A stretch of DNA of 63,780 nt, counting the filler, from Ministeria vibrans ATCC 50519 (Eukaryota > Protista > Filasterea), in NCBI GenBank assembly GCA_943704425.1. It is 7 parts of 7 records of this genome, joined end to end, with 100 filler letters (N's around TTAATTAATTAA, not from the genome) between each part and the next. Parts side by side here need not be neighbours in the genome. Positions count along the whole stretch, not along the records: positions 36,622 to 50,632 come from CALSCP010000659.1; positions 50,733 to 52,426 come from CALSCP010000476.1; positions 52,527 to 59,523 come from CALSCP010001679.1; positions 59,624 to 62,388 come from CALSCP010000883.1; positions 62,489 to 63,780 come from CALSCP010000370.1; 2 more parts are not named here. One strand, 5' to 3'. Position 1 is the stretch's first letter. Each line of letters opens with the position of its first letter. Shown piece by piece: positions 49,101 through 63,780 of the stretch. Below the pieces are notes generated by a model. The model searched no databases. It saw only the letters and a program-made list of their open reading frames with translations, and was not told the origin of the DNA. The position numbers and the translations under genes are program-made.

Positions 49101-49610
49101 TTGACTTTGACCGTCAGGCCACCAACCCGTCGGTTCTCATCATCAACTGCAAGTACTCCAATGCGACCCCGCACTCCATGGAGAACTTCAACTTCCAGGC
49201 GGCCGTCCCCAAGGTCCCATCACACGCACACACAGCTTTGCCATTCTCACACTTCCTGTTATTTGTTCTCTCTTTTGTCTTTCTTTCGTTTTTTTTTTCT
49301 TGTCCTTTCTTTCTTTTTTTTTTTTCTCTTTCTACACAGACTCTCAAGCTGCAAATGCAACCGTCTTCAAGCCCGTCCATCCCCTCCAATGGAGTCGTTA
49401 CCCAAGTCATTAAGATTGCGAATCCTCAACAGGTACAACACGAGTGCACTGTTCGTTACGAATGGCCTCTCAAACCGTTATTTTGCTCTGTCACAGAAAC
49501 AACTTCGCGTGCGCATCCGCATTTCGTACGAGCTTGCGGGAACGGCTATCCTCGAACAGGGCGAAGTGTCCCATTTCCCTCCTGAGAGCATTGCATCGAC
49601 TGATTTCTGA
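46149..49610 (+). CDS. AP1G1: AP-1 complex gamma-adaptin, multi-exon
   Basis: [76 protein letters not shown], hinge clathrin-box-like LLDLM/LLDIF, and ear domain FNFQAAVPK. Confidence 0.96.
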
Positions 49611-49849
49611 TGAGTGAAAATGAGCGAGTTTACAAGTTTTGATTCAGTTTTACTCTATATACCTATTCTGGTTTCGTGTGATGCGGGGTACCATACAAGA
49701 TGAGGTGCTGAAGTCGCAGAGAAAACAAATTATTAACACAATTATTCTGATATTGGACTGGACAACTTAGACGTATCGTTTCAATTGAACTCAATGAACT
49801 GATTGAACTCAAAACTCATTAAAATTATTAAAAATTGATATATTCATTG

Positions 49850-50467
49850 ATGCGGTGGTCAGCCTTAAGCATTGTGGTTGTAGCAGCGTGCCTGGCGTCG
49901 TCGGCGCACGCTCTCTACTTCCACATCAACGAGGGAGAGGTACGCCACTGTCGCTGGACCATCAGCCGCCTCACCGCCTGCCACGTCCGTAGGTCAAGTG
50001 CTTCCTCGAGGAAGTGCCCGAGTCGACAGTCATCTTAAGTAAGCCAGTCGATTGCTGTCGTCTCTTTCTCTGTCGCTCGCAAGATTGAGAAGAGGAAAAA
50101 AAAAATTTTAATCCTGACAACGCATCGCTTTTTGCCCTTTGGCCCGCTTGCTCGCAGCAAAATACCGCACGCAAGTGTATAAAGACGGAAAGTATGGCGA
50201 TCCGCTTGCGGGATCGGGCATTCTGGTCAAGGTTACGGTACGAATGGAGCGCAAAACCTCTCTTGATGCCCATTCTGAGGCGCATTGTGTCCCGCGCAGG
50301 ATCCCGAGGGCGAGCTGATCGTCAACAAGGTGTACAATGCCGAGGGCCGCTTCACGTTCACCTCGCACGAACCCGGCGAGCACAAAATCTGCCTCCAGTC
50401 CAACTCGTCGACGTGGTTTGGCGGCAAGTCCATGCGCGTCCACATCCTCATTGAAATCGGCGAACAC
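49850..50467 (+). CDS. p24/TMED cargo receptor, alpha subfamily (TMED4/9-like), truncated at gap
   Basis: Signal peptide, then ALYFHINEGE|VKCFLEEVP and GOLD-domain EGRFTFTSHEPGEHKICLQSNS. Confidence 0.9.
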
Positions 50468-50565
50468 GTACGAACCGCCTCCGGGTCCTTGATCCACACA
50501 CACACACATACACACACACACAGCACTTGCACACTAATCACACACACACAGCACTTGCACACTAA

Positions 50566-50632
<67 letters not shown>

Positions 50633-50773
50633 NNNNNNNNNNNNNNNNNNNNNNNNNNNNNNNNNNNNNNNNNNNNTTAATTAATTAANNNNNNNNNNNN
50701 NNNNNNNNNNNNNNNNNNNNNNNNNNNNNNNNCACACACAGACACTCCACACACAGACACTCCCACTCCGCTT

Positions 50774-52160
50774 CTATGAGTCGGTCCACATGGAAGGAGC
50801 CTCAAAGGCACTTCCCTTGGTGCGCACCTTGGGCGGCTCGTCGTCGGAGTCAATGTCGTCACCCAGTGCAGGTGGGCGGTAGGCTGTGCCGGCCGAGAGC
50901 AGGTTGGCCTGAGAAATACAAGAAAATAAATAACTAAAATGATAAAAAAAGACCGGCAACGTACCTTTGAGTTTTCCTCGACCAAATTTTCAAGTCCTTC
51001 TGTGGCGTGCAGTCCACCTGTCTTCTTAATGTCCTCTGTGATAAATAAAGGGTAAGGAGGGGGAGGAGGAAGTGTATGAGAAGATGGATATCAGACACAA
51101 AAGTGTGCATTTTATCGTGTGTCTTGTGGTGTGTCTTGTGGTGTGTGTATGTGTGTGTTGAGCAGTATACCGCAGTGACAGTAGAGAGTGGCGTTGAGAG
51201 TTTCGCTAAAGACAGAGAAGAGCATTGAGGCAATGACACTGCTCTGAATGGTGATCATCTACAATAAAGTTGGCCTGGTGGATAAGGGAAAACCAAAAGG
51301 GAGGAGGAGTGCTGTTGTGACATACAATGACGGGAAAGGCGTAGAAGGTGAGGTTCTGCGTCTGAAGAATGACAAAGCCAATCATGGTGCAGAGGAGGGA
51401 GATGGAGACAAGGCCGACGTTGATGGTGACCTTCATGGCCTTGTTGATGGGGTTGACGCGGTTTTCGTACATAGTGAAGTCGCGGTAGGCCTTCTTGGTG
51501 CCTGTGATGAGATTGCAGCCGTCTACGGCGACAGGAAGGTAGCCCTTGGTTGACAGGCCCTTGTTGAGGTAGCCGAACCAATCGGGTTCGCCGAAGATGG
51601 GCTTCCATGCAAACGACGTCATTTTCAGAAAGAATCGCACGGGAAAGGCAAAAAAGAACAGGGGAATGCCAAAGGCAAGCGACCCCAAATGGTATTTGGT
51701 GATGGTGGTGATCGACCGTCTATGAACATAGTGAGTGAATGTGAGTGCGCGTGCGAGTGAATCTGTTGTGCTTGGTGTGCTTCGTGTGTGAGTAAGTGAA
51801 AGGGAAGGGAACCCACACTAAGCATTACCGGACGGGCGAGTCGGGCTTGTCGAGGCCAATGGTGTTGGAATAGTAGATCATAGCGGCCGTGTACGTCATA
51901 CAGCAGCGCAGAAACCCTCTCAGCGACTGCACAAACCACAGGAACCCAACAACTACAAAATTAATAGGAGATTATTACAATGATTGTCAGTTTTTTTTGT
52001 AGCTATTTGTCGTACATTGGAAAAGATGGATTTCAATCAGAGGGCTAAACCAAAACAAAAAATTAGAACACACAGAGAGAAAATGATGCAATACTTTTAC
52101 ATGTTTGGGTGAAATTTGACGTGACTCTGGCCAGTGCTGTCATACGAGACAGAAAATGAT
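50774..52160 (-). CDS. Choline transporter-like (CTL/SLC44/Pns1) protein, C-terminal part
   Basis: Signature KYHLGSLAFG, then GYLPVAVDGCNLITGTKKAY, NLTFYAFPVI, VIASMLFSVFSETLNATLYC and EDIKKTGG in the CTL order. Confidence 0.75.
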
Positions 52161-52379
52161 CCTAACGAATAGAAAAAGTAAGAGAGAGGAAGGAGGGAGA
52201 GAAACCCCAAAGTGATGGTGTGTGTGTATGTTAGTGTGATTATGTGTGTGTGTTAGTGTGAGTGTTAGTGTTAGTGTTAGTGAGTGAGTGTTAGTGTTAG
52301 TGAGTGAGTGAGTGTGTGTGTGTGTGTGTGTGAGTGTTAGTGTTAGTGTTAGTGAGTGAGTGTTAGTGTTAGTGAGTGA

Positions 52380-52426
<47 letters not shown>

Positions 52427-52644
52427 NNNNNNNNNNNNNNNNNNNNNNNNNNNNNNNNNNNNNNNNNNNNTTAATTAATTAANNNNNNNNNNNNNNNNNN
52501 NNNNNNNNNNNNNNNNNNNNNNNNNNAAAAAAAAAAAAAAAAAAAAAAAACGGGAAAATACAGTCGGATGAAGACATATCGGAGAGGGAGTAAGGAGAGG
52601 GGTGGGAGAGGGGCAGAAACAGGGCTGGTGTGCTGCTGTGTGGT

Positions 52645-53277
52645 GATACTTTGGGATCAATGGCCAAACCGGACAGATCGACCTTCTCGTCCTCCAGGTG
52701 GCAGTGGAAGTCGGTGATGTGCGCATCGAAGTTGGTGCCCGTGCCAAAGTACGCCCAGAGCTGCTCATAAATGGGTCTGTGGTGAAAACAGTGAGTCAAA
52801 CAGTTCTGTCTCTCTCTCTCTCTGTCTGTGTCTCTCTCGTGCTGCACGCCACAGGCGTCTATCGTCCCGCTGTCCTACCTCACTTTGGTGATCATGCTTG
52901 AGAGCGTGTACGTCGGCATAAACTGGTCCAGATTCGGTCCGTTTCGGACTCTTTCGCTCAGATTTGTGATCGCGTCCTATCGAAAAGGACAAAAAAAAAC
53001 CAAAGAAATTGTGAGCTCAGACGACACTGGGCGCTCGATAGAGGCATCTGCGACCGCCCACAACTGCCCATGGGGCCATGGATGCGTCTCGATGCGCGCG
53101 AGGGGGCATCGCACAACACAAAATCCGCTCAGAATCCAAATCAGTTGTCAAAAGTTCACTCACTCTTTTGCTTTTCTCGTTTGTTTTTGGTTTTTGTGTT
53201 TTTTTGTTGTTTTTCTTTTTTCGTACCATTTTGTCGCTGACATTTTGCCAATACTCAATAAATTCTTCGTTTGACAT
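52645..53277 (-). CDS. N-terminal exons of an unidentified gene (possibly the 5' end of the CTL gene across the gap)
   Basis: ATG after an AT-rich spacer (MSNEEFIEYWQNVSDKM|) and GT-AG bounded exons such as PIYEQLWAYFGTGTNFDAHITDFHCHLEDEKVDLSGLAIDPK. No family recognised. Confidence 0.45.
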
Positions 53278-53367
53278 GCCTCGCTGACTGCTCTTGTTGC
53301 TTTTTCGACTTGCCGTTTACAAAAAAAGATTGAATAATTCGCGATCAAACTTATTCATACAAATTAT

Positions 53368-55286
53368 ATGCCCGCCAGCGCCGCTGCTCGTCGATACAAA
53401 CGATCGGTGGCAGCTGCGGCGGCAGCCGCGGCGGCTGCGGCGGCAGTAGCATCGCCGGCGCCGGTCGTAGCGCCTCCAACGCGCATTTTGACAGGTCGCG
53501 CGCGTGTTGTAGACGATGCCGTAGAGCTGCCGTTGCCCAGCAGTGGCAAGGGCAGTGGGTCGGCGGGAGGCCGTGGGAACAGCGCAGCAGCAACAGCAGC
53601 AGCAGCAGCAGCAGCAGCTTTAGAACTTGATCGCCCCACTGCCACTCCACTCACACACTTCAAACCAGTCTACTCGACAAGCGCCGTTGTCAACCGCTTC
53701 GACGTGGAGCCCCGCGGCCGTTCCAGCCCGCCTGCGCGCCCCCCGCACCCCGCATCGCCCGCAATCACTGCTCGTTTCGGCGGTCCTGATCGCAGCTGTG
53801 GTCTTCCCGACGTCGACGACACGTCCCACGCGCCCGACGCGCCCCCCGCGATCCACCCTCAGGCGCTGCTGGCCCATGTCGACCTGGCTCGCGCCGCAGC
53901 GTTGCAACAAACGCCCTCTGACTTGGCAACCAGTGCTGTGCGCTGCAACGACCCTCTCGACGAACACTATGCGCTCCTGCGTCTCCTCCACGCATCGCTC
54001 ACCTTCCCCTTCCACGCCGTCCTCTCCGTCACCGGCGACCGTTGCGTTCCCGTCATGGTCACCTCCATCTACTGCCCCTTTGGCTCCCTCCAAGTGCTCT
54101 TCAACGTCCGCTGGGACCCCTCTCCCCTCCTCCCACCCCTCCTGCCCTCTCTCGAGCCCCTCCCTCCCCCGCTCGCCTCGCCTACCCCCGTTCCTCCGTC
54201 AATGCTCACTGTACTCCACTCACAACACCCTACCGAGAGCGTGCCCCCGGCCGAGCTCGTCCTGCGCACCATTCAAACGTGTCTCACCGACAACTCTCAA
54301 GTTCTCATCTGCCACCTACGAAAAGTACCCGCTTCTCCTCACACTAAGCACACTAAGCACTGATCCAACCTCCCACAGGCCCGTCGGATGTTCCTCGCGG
54401 CTATTTCCGGCCATAAGGACCAAGATGTCACGCGCGAACGGCTCATGGCCTCAAAATGGACTCCAGACTCTCTCCTCAAGAGATCCCGAAAGTTTTATCG
54501 TGAAGGTACGTACAGACAGCCAAGGACAACAGCAAAGAAAATAATAATAATAATAATTATTATTATTATTATTACTGTTATCATTATGACAGTGTATGAG
54601 ATGATTCATTGTTTTCTCACTCACATTTGCTTTTGTTCTTTTCTCTCTTTCTTTCTATCCATCGCTATCTCTCTGTGTGTTCACGTTTAGCTCTCAAAGC
54701 ACACACAACAGAACGAGCGTTAGAAGTGGTTTTTGCAGACACTCCGCTGCATGGTGAACTGGACGCACTGTACTGCTATGCTCTGGCGTGTCTTGACTTT
54801 CCCTTTCGTGCGCGAGTTGATGCTCTCACAGTCTCTGTGACCGGCATGCCCCCACTCGATCGCACAAAAGGACTCGCGTTTTGCTGTGATTGGTCTTCCT
54901 GCAATGGTATTATTCTTTTACGCACACACACACAAGGACGGACAACTCGTTGGTTGGGAATGATAGTCTACTCATTGAGTGTTTCTTTGAGTGACTTGAC
55001 TTCAGATTGAGTGTCTTTAACATTTTTTCTCCATCAATTCAACGTCACTCGACCTCACACGCACACACACACACACACACACACTAACCTCTCACTCTCT
55101 TTTCTTTTTTCAGCACACTCGAATGAAGTAGTGTGTTTGCCAGTCAATGAAGTGCATCCTCTGCTGAGTGTGCCTTCCCTCACTCGTCGCATTGTCGCAG
55201 ACTGCCACTGGTGGGCCGGTCAGAGTGGTCCTATTCGCATCACTTGGCTCCAGAGACTACAGTCTGGAAAACTCCACATGCATTAA
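53368..55286 (+). CDS. Uncharacterised protein with two CcbP-like (LxFPFxA) modules, 4 exons
   Basis: Exons ~53368-54324, 54379-54505, 54691-54907 and 55113-55286. Repeats LLHASLTFPFHAVL...VMVTSI and YALACLDFPFRARVDALTVSVTGM...CLPVNEVHP...TRRIVADCHWW. Confidence 0.55.
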
Positions 55287-55348
55287 ACTATACTGTACAC
55301 TTTTACACGAATCATCGTCGCTCTTTCTCTCTCCTCTCTCTGTACATG

Positions 55349-58300
55349 CTAGTACTCGCACGCATGAAGACACCCAGCGGGGCACAATTTGTGCCCGCGG
55401 AACCACTCCTGCATGTGGTGCAGACAACCGCCATGCGAGCACCCCTGGCAGGTCACGTACAGCCCCTTGACCACCTGATGGCACACACTACACGTGTTGG
55501 TGAGCCGCGTACACGCCTTGCACGTCCATCCTGACTCCACCAGCGGCTTGCGACAGTACCCACAACACGTATAGATGGTCGTCGAGTCCTCACTCCACGC
55601 ACTCACTTCGCTCAGTCCACATCGCTTGATAATCTCCGCACTGATCGTCCACCGCTGGAACCGTCCCAGTAGCTCAAGATAGGCCGTAATCCAGCGTTGC
55701 AACTGCACCTCCGACAGTGCATCGCCCAGTCGGTCGCGCAGCACCAGTCCCGCCGAAGCACTCATCTGCACATTGCCTCGACGTGCATACATCTCCAGCA
55801 TCTCCATCACCAACTGACGTGGATCCCACACGCGCTTCTCGCGACCCAGCGAGCGCGTTGCCAGTGCCGCATGCACCGCCATCTGCCCGCCCGTACCCTC
55901 CATCTCCATTAGCTGCCGCATCATCGCATCGTTCCCATCCATTGCATCACTCCCTCCCCCTCCTTCCTCTTCTCCCACATTCCACACACCGCTTCCACCA
56001 TTCGCCACGCCGCCACCACTCCCACCACCACTACCACCACTACCACCACCACCACTACCACCACCACCACTACCACCGCTACCGTTCGCCCCCACTGCCA
56101 TAGCACCACCCACACCTCCGCCTCCACCACCAGCAGTCGCACGTCCCCGTTTGCCAAACGACGCTGCCAGCGGCGTCGTCCACGAATCCAACACAACCGA
56201 ACCTCCTGTGGGCGAGCTGGGGCGCGATGTCACTGGCGACAGAGGCGCCACAATGTCATCATGCGCACGATACACACTCATATCCACTGCGGCAGTAGCC
56301 ACTGGACCAGCACTGGGGTTGGTCGTCGTCGATGAGGGTGGCGGTGGTGGCGGCGGTGCAGCTGTGACCAACGCCATGTCAGGCATCGCCAGTGTACCTG
56401 CCGCTCCTTTGGTGGGCGACGACGGCTCAAGCGTCACATTGTCTCCGTCCCCCTCCATAGCAGTCGCGTCAGTAGTAGTAGTAGTAGAAATAGTTGTAGT
56501 AGTCGTAGTAGTAGTAGTAGAAGTAGAAGTAGGAGTAGTAGTAGTNNNNNNNNNNNNNNNNNNNNNNNNNNNNNNNNNNNNNNNNNNNNNNNNNNNNNNN
56601 NNNNNNNNNNNNNNNNNNNNNNNNNNNNNNNNNNNNNNNNNNNNNNNNNNNNNNNNNNNNNNNNNNNNNNNNNNNNNNNNNNNNNNNNNNNNNNNNNNNN
56701 NNNNNNNNNNNNNNNNNNNNNNNNNNNNNNNNNNNNNNNNNNNNNNNNNNNNNNNNNNNNNNNNNNNNNNNNNNNNNNNNNNNNNNNTCTCGCCCGTCCT
56801 TTCTTCATCCTCATCCTCTTCATCCTCATCCTCATCCTCATCCTCATCCTCATCATCCTCCTCAGCCCCCCGCTCCTCCTCCTCCTCTTCTTCTTCCTCG
56901 TCCCTCTCCATTTCCCCCTCCACACTCCCCACTTCATCCTCCTCTTCCTGCTCCTCCTCATCATCATCATCCTCGTTATACCGACACACCCGAACCCCAC
57001 TTCCACTGTGCGTCTCCTTGGGCCTCAGCCGCACCATTGTATCTTTGGCCGTTGTGCGTGCCGCTGTCCTTCCCGTTCCCTCGCGCCGTTTTTTCTTCAT
57101 CTTCCCTCCTGTCGTCAGCCATTCCTTCTCAAGTCGTCCCAACGAGAAACACAGCAAGTCGCGCGCAATCAGCCACGACTGTGCCAGCTCATTCTCGTGC
57201 AACCGCGCACACACTCGCGCATTCTCCGTACACAACACGTGCATCTCATCGTCACTCGTCCTTGCGCGTCGCCCTTCCTCCCCAGGACCACCACTTCCCA
57301 TTGCATCTCCATTGCTCCCCTGAGATGGTACCTGTTGATGACGTGTCTGGTGTTGCTGCTGCTGTTGCTGGTGATGGTGGTGGTGTTGTTGTTGTTGATC
57401 CGGTGCCTGTGATTGGTGCGGTGGCTGCTGCTGAGTCGTCTCAACGTCTCCCCCATCCGTCGTTGTTGCTGCTGATGTTGCTGTTGTTGTTGTTGTTGTT
57501 GTCGTCGTCGTCGTGTCGGTACTATCCACAAACAACTTGAGTCCTTCAGCAAGCTGCAAAAAGGTCCGTGCCCATCGCGAATGAGACATAGACGCGTCAG
57601 GAGGTCCGTCAAGACTGTGTCCCAACGACGACGATGACACCGTGTAGGGCACACCCATGTCGGAACTGTTCGTCGAAAACTCATGACTCATCTGTGCGTG
57701 TGTCTTGGGCGTGGATGTGGGCGGCCCGCGTCTCCCTTGTTGTTGTTGCTGCTGCTGTTGATGTTGTTCTTGTTGGTGTTGTTGTTGTTGTTGTTTGTCG
57801 CTTGTGAGAGAGGGTGTGACTGGAGTCGCTAAAGAAGTGGAATTTGATGCGGCATAGTCGACAGTTTCGTATGGGGCGGACGGAGAGAAGATGCGGAGCA
57901 TCTCGGGGGTCTGCTGGTAGGCATTCTCACGGGTGCCCATGACACAGGCAAGATCGCCGAGGGCATTCCAGGAAACAGCGCTGGTCGGTATGCTGTTAGC
58001 CGGGTGGGGGATGGACGAGAGGGCATGCAGGATGAGACGGGAGTCCTTGCCAGTGCTCACGAGTACGGGAGGGATTCCACCGGCAATGGCTGCTGGGTCA
58101 AAGCGACTGGGCCCACTAGAAGGGGCTGGGATGCCACTCGCAAAGGGTCCGCCATTCATGCTGGTGGTGGGTGTGGTGCTGCGCGAGGTGTCGTCGTACG
58201 CGTCGAGGTTGAGTTCGGCAAAGGGCTGGAGGTCGCGTGAGGCGACTGGAAGCCAACTGAGGTCAGTGACGACGTTGCGATGGCGACGGATCGACAGGAG

Positions 58301-59227
58301 CGGGATGTAAGGACGTTGCAGGTTCCACAGGTGCATGGATGTGTCGGTGGTGGTCGAGCATGACATAAGTTGGTTGCGGAAACCCTTGCGCCAGCGCACA
58401 CGCGCCACTGACGAGATGGTCTGAATGACGTTGCGCGGAGCGTTGGGTCGACCCGCGTTTAGAGACCACACCTTGATCATCTTGTCGCGCCCGCCCGTCG
58501 CCAGGATGTTTCGTTCGGACGGATGCCACTCGACGGTGAAGGCGGGCCCTTGGTGTGCCGTGATGCTGTGCACGGGGTTCTCGGTGTGGCGCAAGTCCCA
58601 GATCTGCACAGGTCCATTCTCAGTGGCGGCCGCAAGCAAGTGGCCCTCGAATGGCGACCAGGCGACGTCGCGTACGGGTCCACAGCGAGTGTGGACCGTC
58701 TGGACCGACTTGGTCTCGTTCAAGCTCCACAGTTTGAGCGTACTGTCCTGTGAGCCGCTGATCAGCTGGTTCCGTTCGTTGGGATTGAACGAGACGCGAT
58801 TGGACGTTCGCACATGCTCTGTGAGCACCTGGCTCTGTTTGTTGGCGCTCGACAGGCTCAAGTCCCACAGTACGACCGCGCCATTGGTGGACGCGGTCGC
58901 CATAAGGTGCGGGGAGAACTGGTGTGGCATCCAATCGACATCCGTCGACGAAAAGGTCAAATTCGATTTGCTCACACGCAAATTTGTGCACTCCTCCAGA
59001 CGCCCCTCGCTGATCGTGACAATCTTAAGAACTGCAGAAAGGGTTGTGCGAGTGTGAGCGTGCGTCTAGGGCCGCTGGCGAGCGAGGAGAGGCGCCAAAA
59101 GCATTCTTCGTCCTTTTTTTTTTTTCCTATTCTCACCTTCACGACCAGCGACAACCACTTGCGATCCATCGTGGCTGTGACTCAGTGCATTGATTGGGCC
59201 GGCGCACTCGAGTTCGAGGGAGTCCAT
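55349..59227 (-). CDS. WDR24: GATOR2 subunit WDR24 (Sea2), 2 visible exons, internal N gap
   Basis: INALSHSHDGSQVVVAGRE|VLKIV, WD40 repeats (LMATASTNGAVVLWDL, ATGGRDKMIKVW, WNLQRPYIP), a low-complexity middle, and C-terminal CSVCHQVVKGLYVTCQGCSHGGCLHHMQEWF...CPAGCLHACEY*. Confidence 0.93.
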
Positions 59228-59350
59228 TGAACGAAGTTGTCGAAATGAATAATGATAATAATTATTATTGATAAATAAATGAATGATTAAAATCTCGTCT
59301 CAGTCGTTTCTGAATAATTATTATCAATTATTTCAAAACATTCTCTCAAA

Positions 59351-59523
59351 ATGACGCAAATCTCAGGCTTTGCGGAGTTGGCGGCACTCCCTCGTGTCAT
59401 GCCAGACTTGACAGCTTCCGTATGCGAGACAGCACTGGAAATCACAGACAGAGTACACTAATACTCTCTTGTACTTGTAGGGTGCTATGAGTGAGGAGGA
59501 TATGGGACACATCTTTACACAGC
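59351..59523 (+). CDS. First two exons of an unidentified gene divergent from WDR24, truncated at gap
   Basis: ATG at 59351 after an AT-rich spacer; MTQISGFAELAALPRVMPDLTAS|GAMSEEDMGHIFTQ across a clean GTATGC...TTGTAG intron. Confidence 0.4.
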
Positions 59524-59623
59524 NNNNNNNNNNNNNNNNNNNNNNNNNNNNNNNNNNNNNNNNNNNNTTAATTAATTAANNNNNNNNNNNNNNNNNNNNN
59601 NNNNNNNNNNNNNNNNNNNNNNN

Positions 59624-59712
<89 letters not shown>

Positions 59713-59747
59713 TTCCTTTCTGACTTGATTGTTCTCGTCTTGTACAG

Positions 59748-62330
<2,583 letters not shown>

Positions 62331-62338
62331 CCAATACA

Positions 62339-62388
<50 letters not shown>

Positions 62389-62491
62389 NNNNNNNNNNNN
62401 NNNNNNNNNNNNNNNNNNNNNNNNNNNNNNNNTTAATTAATTAANNNNNNNNNNNNNNNNNNNNNNNNNNNNNNNNNNNNNNNNNNNNTGT

Positions 62492-63686
62492 CTATCCGTG
62501 TATGTGTGTGCGTACCGTTTTTTCGTTCGCGCATTGGTGCAGCGACACAATCAGCTGTGGCGGAGAACCAAGTTGCTGTTCAACTCGACGCACGTCTTCG
62601 TCGATTTTCTTTGAGTAGGCGAGTGCAGGCCTCAAAGACGGGCTATATCCAAACATCCTCCCGGTCCCCTTCAACGTCCAACCGTGTGCTTTCGTGATCG
62701 TATTGACTGCCTTTCGCAGCTCGGCCGCCACTCCAATCAGGATCGATAAATGATAATGCTCTTCAGTGGCAGTGGTCCTCACACTAGCCACCCTCAAAAC
62801 ATTGAGAAGGTTCTTCCACCCCACCTCAAGAAGCTTCATCGCACTCATCATCGTAGCCATACCGTGCTCGTAGTAGCGCGCCCATGTTGCTGCATGGCAC
62901 ATCTTGTCCTCGTAAAACTGGCACTGGACAACTCCCACTCTCTACAAAATTGTGTTTGTTTGTTTTTTGTTTTCGCTTTTTCGGCGCTTCTCTTACAATC
63001 CGCCACTCTGGAAAGAGCGCAACAAACGTAGCCTCTGGCGTGTCGTTTAGCGCTAGACGCAGTTCATACGCTTCATCAAGCACGTCTGCTACCACACTCC
63101 AATGCATTTCATCGAATGTCATGTCTTCTAGCATCCTCTTCGTGTCCGCATCTACCATGGCCGCATCTACCATGGCCGGCACAGCCGTCTGATGGCCGTA
63201 TTGTCCGTCGACAAAAGGAAACGGGATGTGGTTGTCTTCGGCATTGTCATCGCCATTCTCTCCGATGTGTTGGTCGTCCACAATCGGGGCCACTTCATAT
63301 GGCGCAGGCAAACGGCGTGCGCGACGGGCATGTCGACGAGGAGGCCTAACAGGTTGGCCTGGCGGCTGTGCCTCGGTGGGCTGTGCCTCGGTGGGCTGTG
63401 CAAGGAGGGCTGCTGCGCGCCTGGCTTTGGCGTCGGAGCTGTCAGTGATGCGGTGTAGCAAATTGATCTCTCTGTCAATAAGACTAGTCCCGTTCGATAA
63501 CGCGCAGTCTTGACCTCCTTGACTCTCTACTGTGATAAACCGCTCCGTTTTCTGGAGATGATGATTTAGCGCCCTGTGTTGGAATATACGCAAGAAGGAA
63601 GAATGAGACGAAATGACTAAGTTGATCAACCCATCGACATCCGTCTCCCAAAACCGTCCCAAAGCACACCAACAAGTATACAACAC
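62492..63686 (-). CDS. Uncharacterised spliced gene fragment
   Basis: Two long ORFs joined by a GTAAG...TTTGTAG intron near 62942-62996 (...ALFPEWRI|RVGVVQCQFYEDK...). No family recognised; both ends uncertain. Confidence 0.45.
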
Positions 63687-63780
63687 ACCAAATGCAGGCC
63701 AACCGCGGTGAAATCAGTCGCGGAATGCGCACGCGGTGCTCTAACCTCAGAACAAGGAAAAAAAAAAAAAAAAAAAACGA

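Noticed and set aside
52215-52426. GTGTTA/GTGA repeat as a variant telomere
   Set aside because: It is intermixed with (GT)n and lacks GGG runs; best explained as a degenerate intronic microsatellite at a contig end.

Overview
A gene-dense, intron-rich eukaryotic region. The gene set (CCDC6-, SNX25- and SMIM20-like genes, an EGF-repeat 7TM receptor, an axonemal dynein) points to a flagellated unicellular relative of animals; this is inference, not identification. The window is stitched from at least seven contigs by artificial 100-bp N44-TTAATTAATTAA-N44 spacers, so adjacency across them is unproven. About 25 protein-coding genes or fragments can be reconstructed by manual splicing. Housekeeping genes include Rab11, RPL15, VPS13, AP-1 gamma, a p24/TMED protein, WDR24, a choline-transporter-like protein and a DNAH5/8-like dynein. 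The most notable items are: (1) an adhesion-type 7TM receptor with at least 24 Notch-like EGF repeats, in which a cysteine-free ZU5-like module ending in an HF|S motif occupies the GAIN/GPS position; (2) a spliced SMIM20/phoenixin-precursor gene next to it that the ORF track does not show whole; (3) intron-containing genes from mainly bacterial families (class II cholesterol oxidase, 2-keto-4-pentenoate hydratase, a tandem CcbP-like protein, a degenerate TPR/2OG-Fe(II) oxygenase); (4) a candidate structured RNA in a Rab11 5'-UTR intron; (5) an insulinase/PDI half-gene junction at a CT microsatellite, probably a misassembly. All family assignments come from recalled motifs, not database searches.
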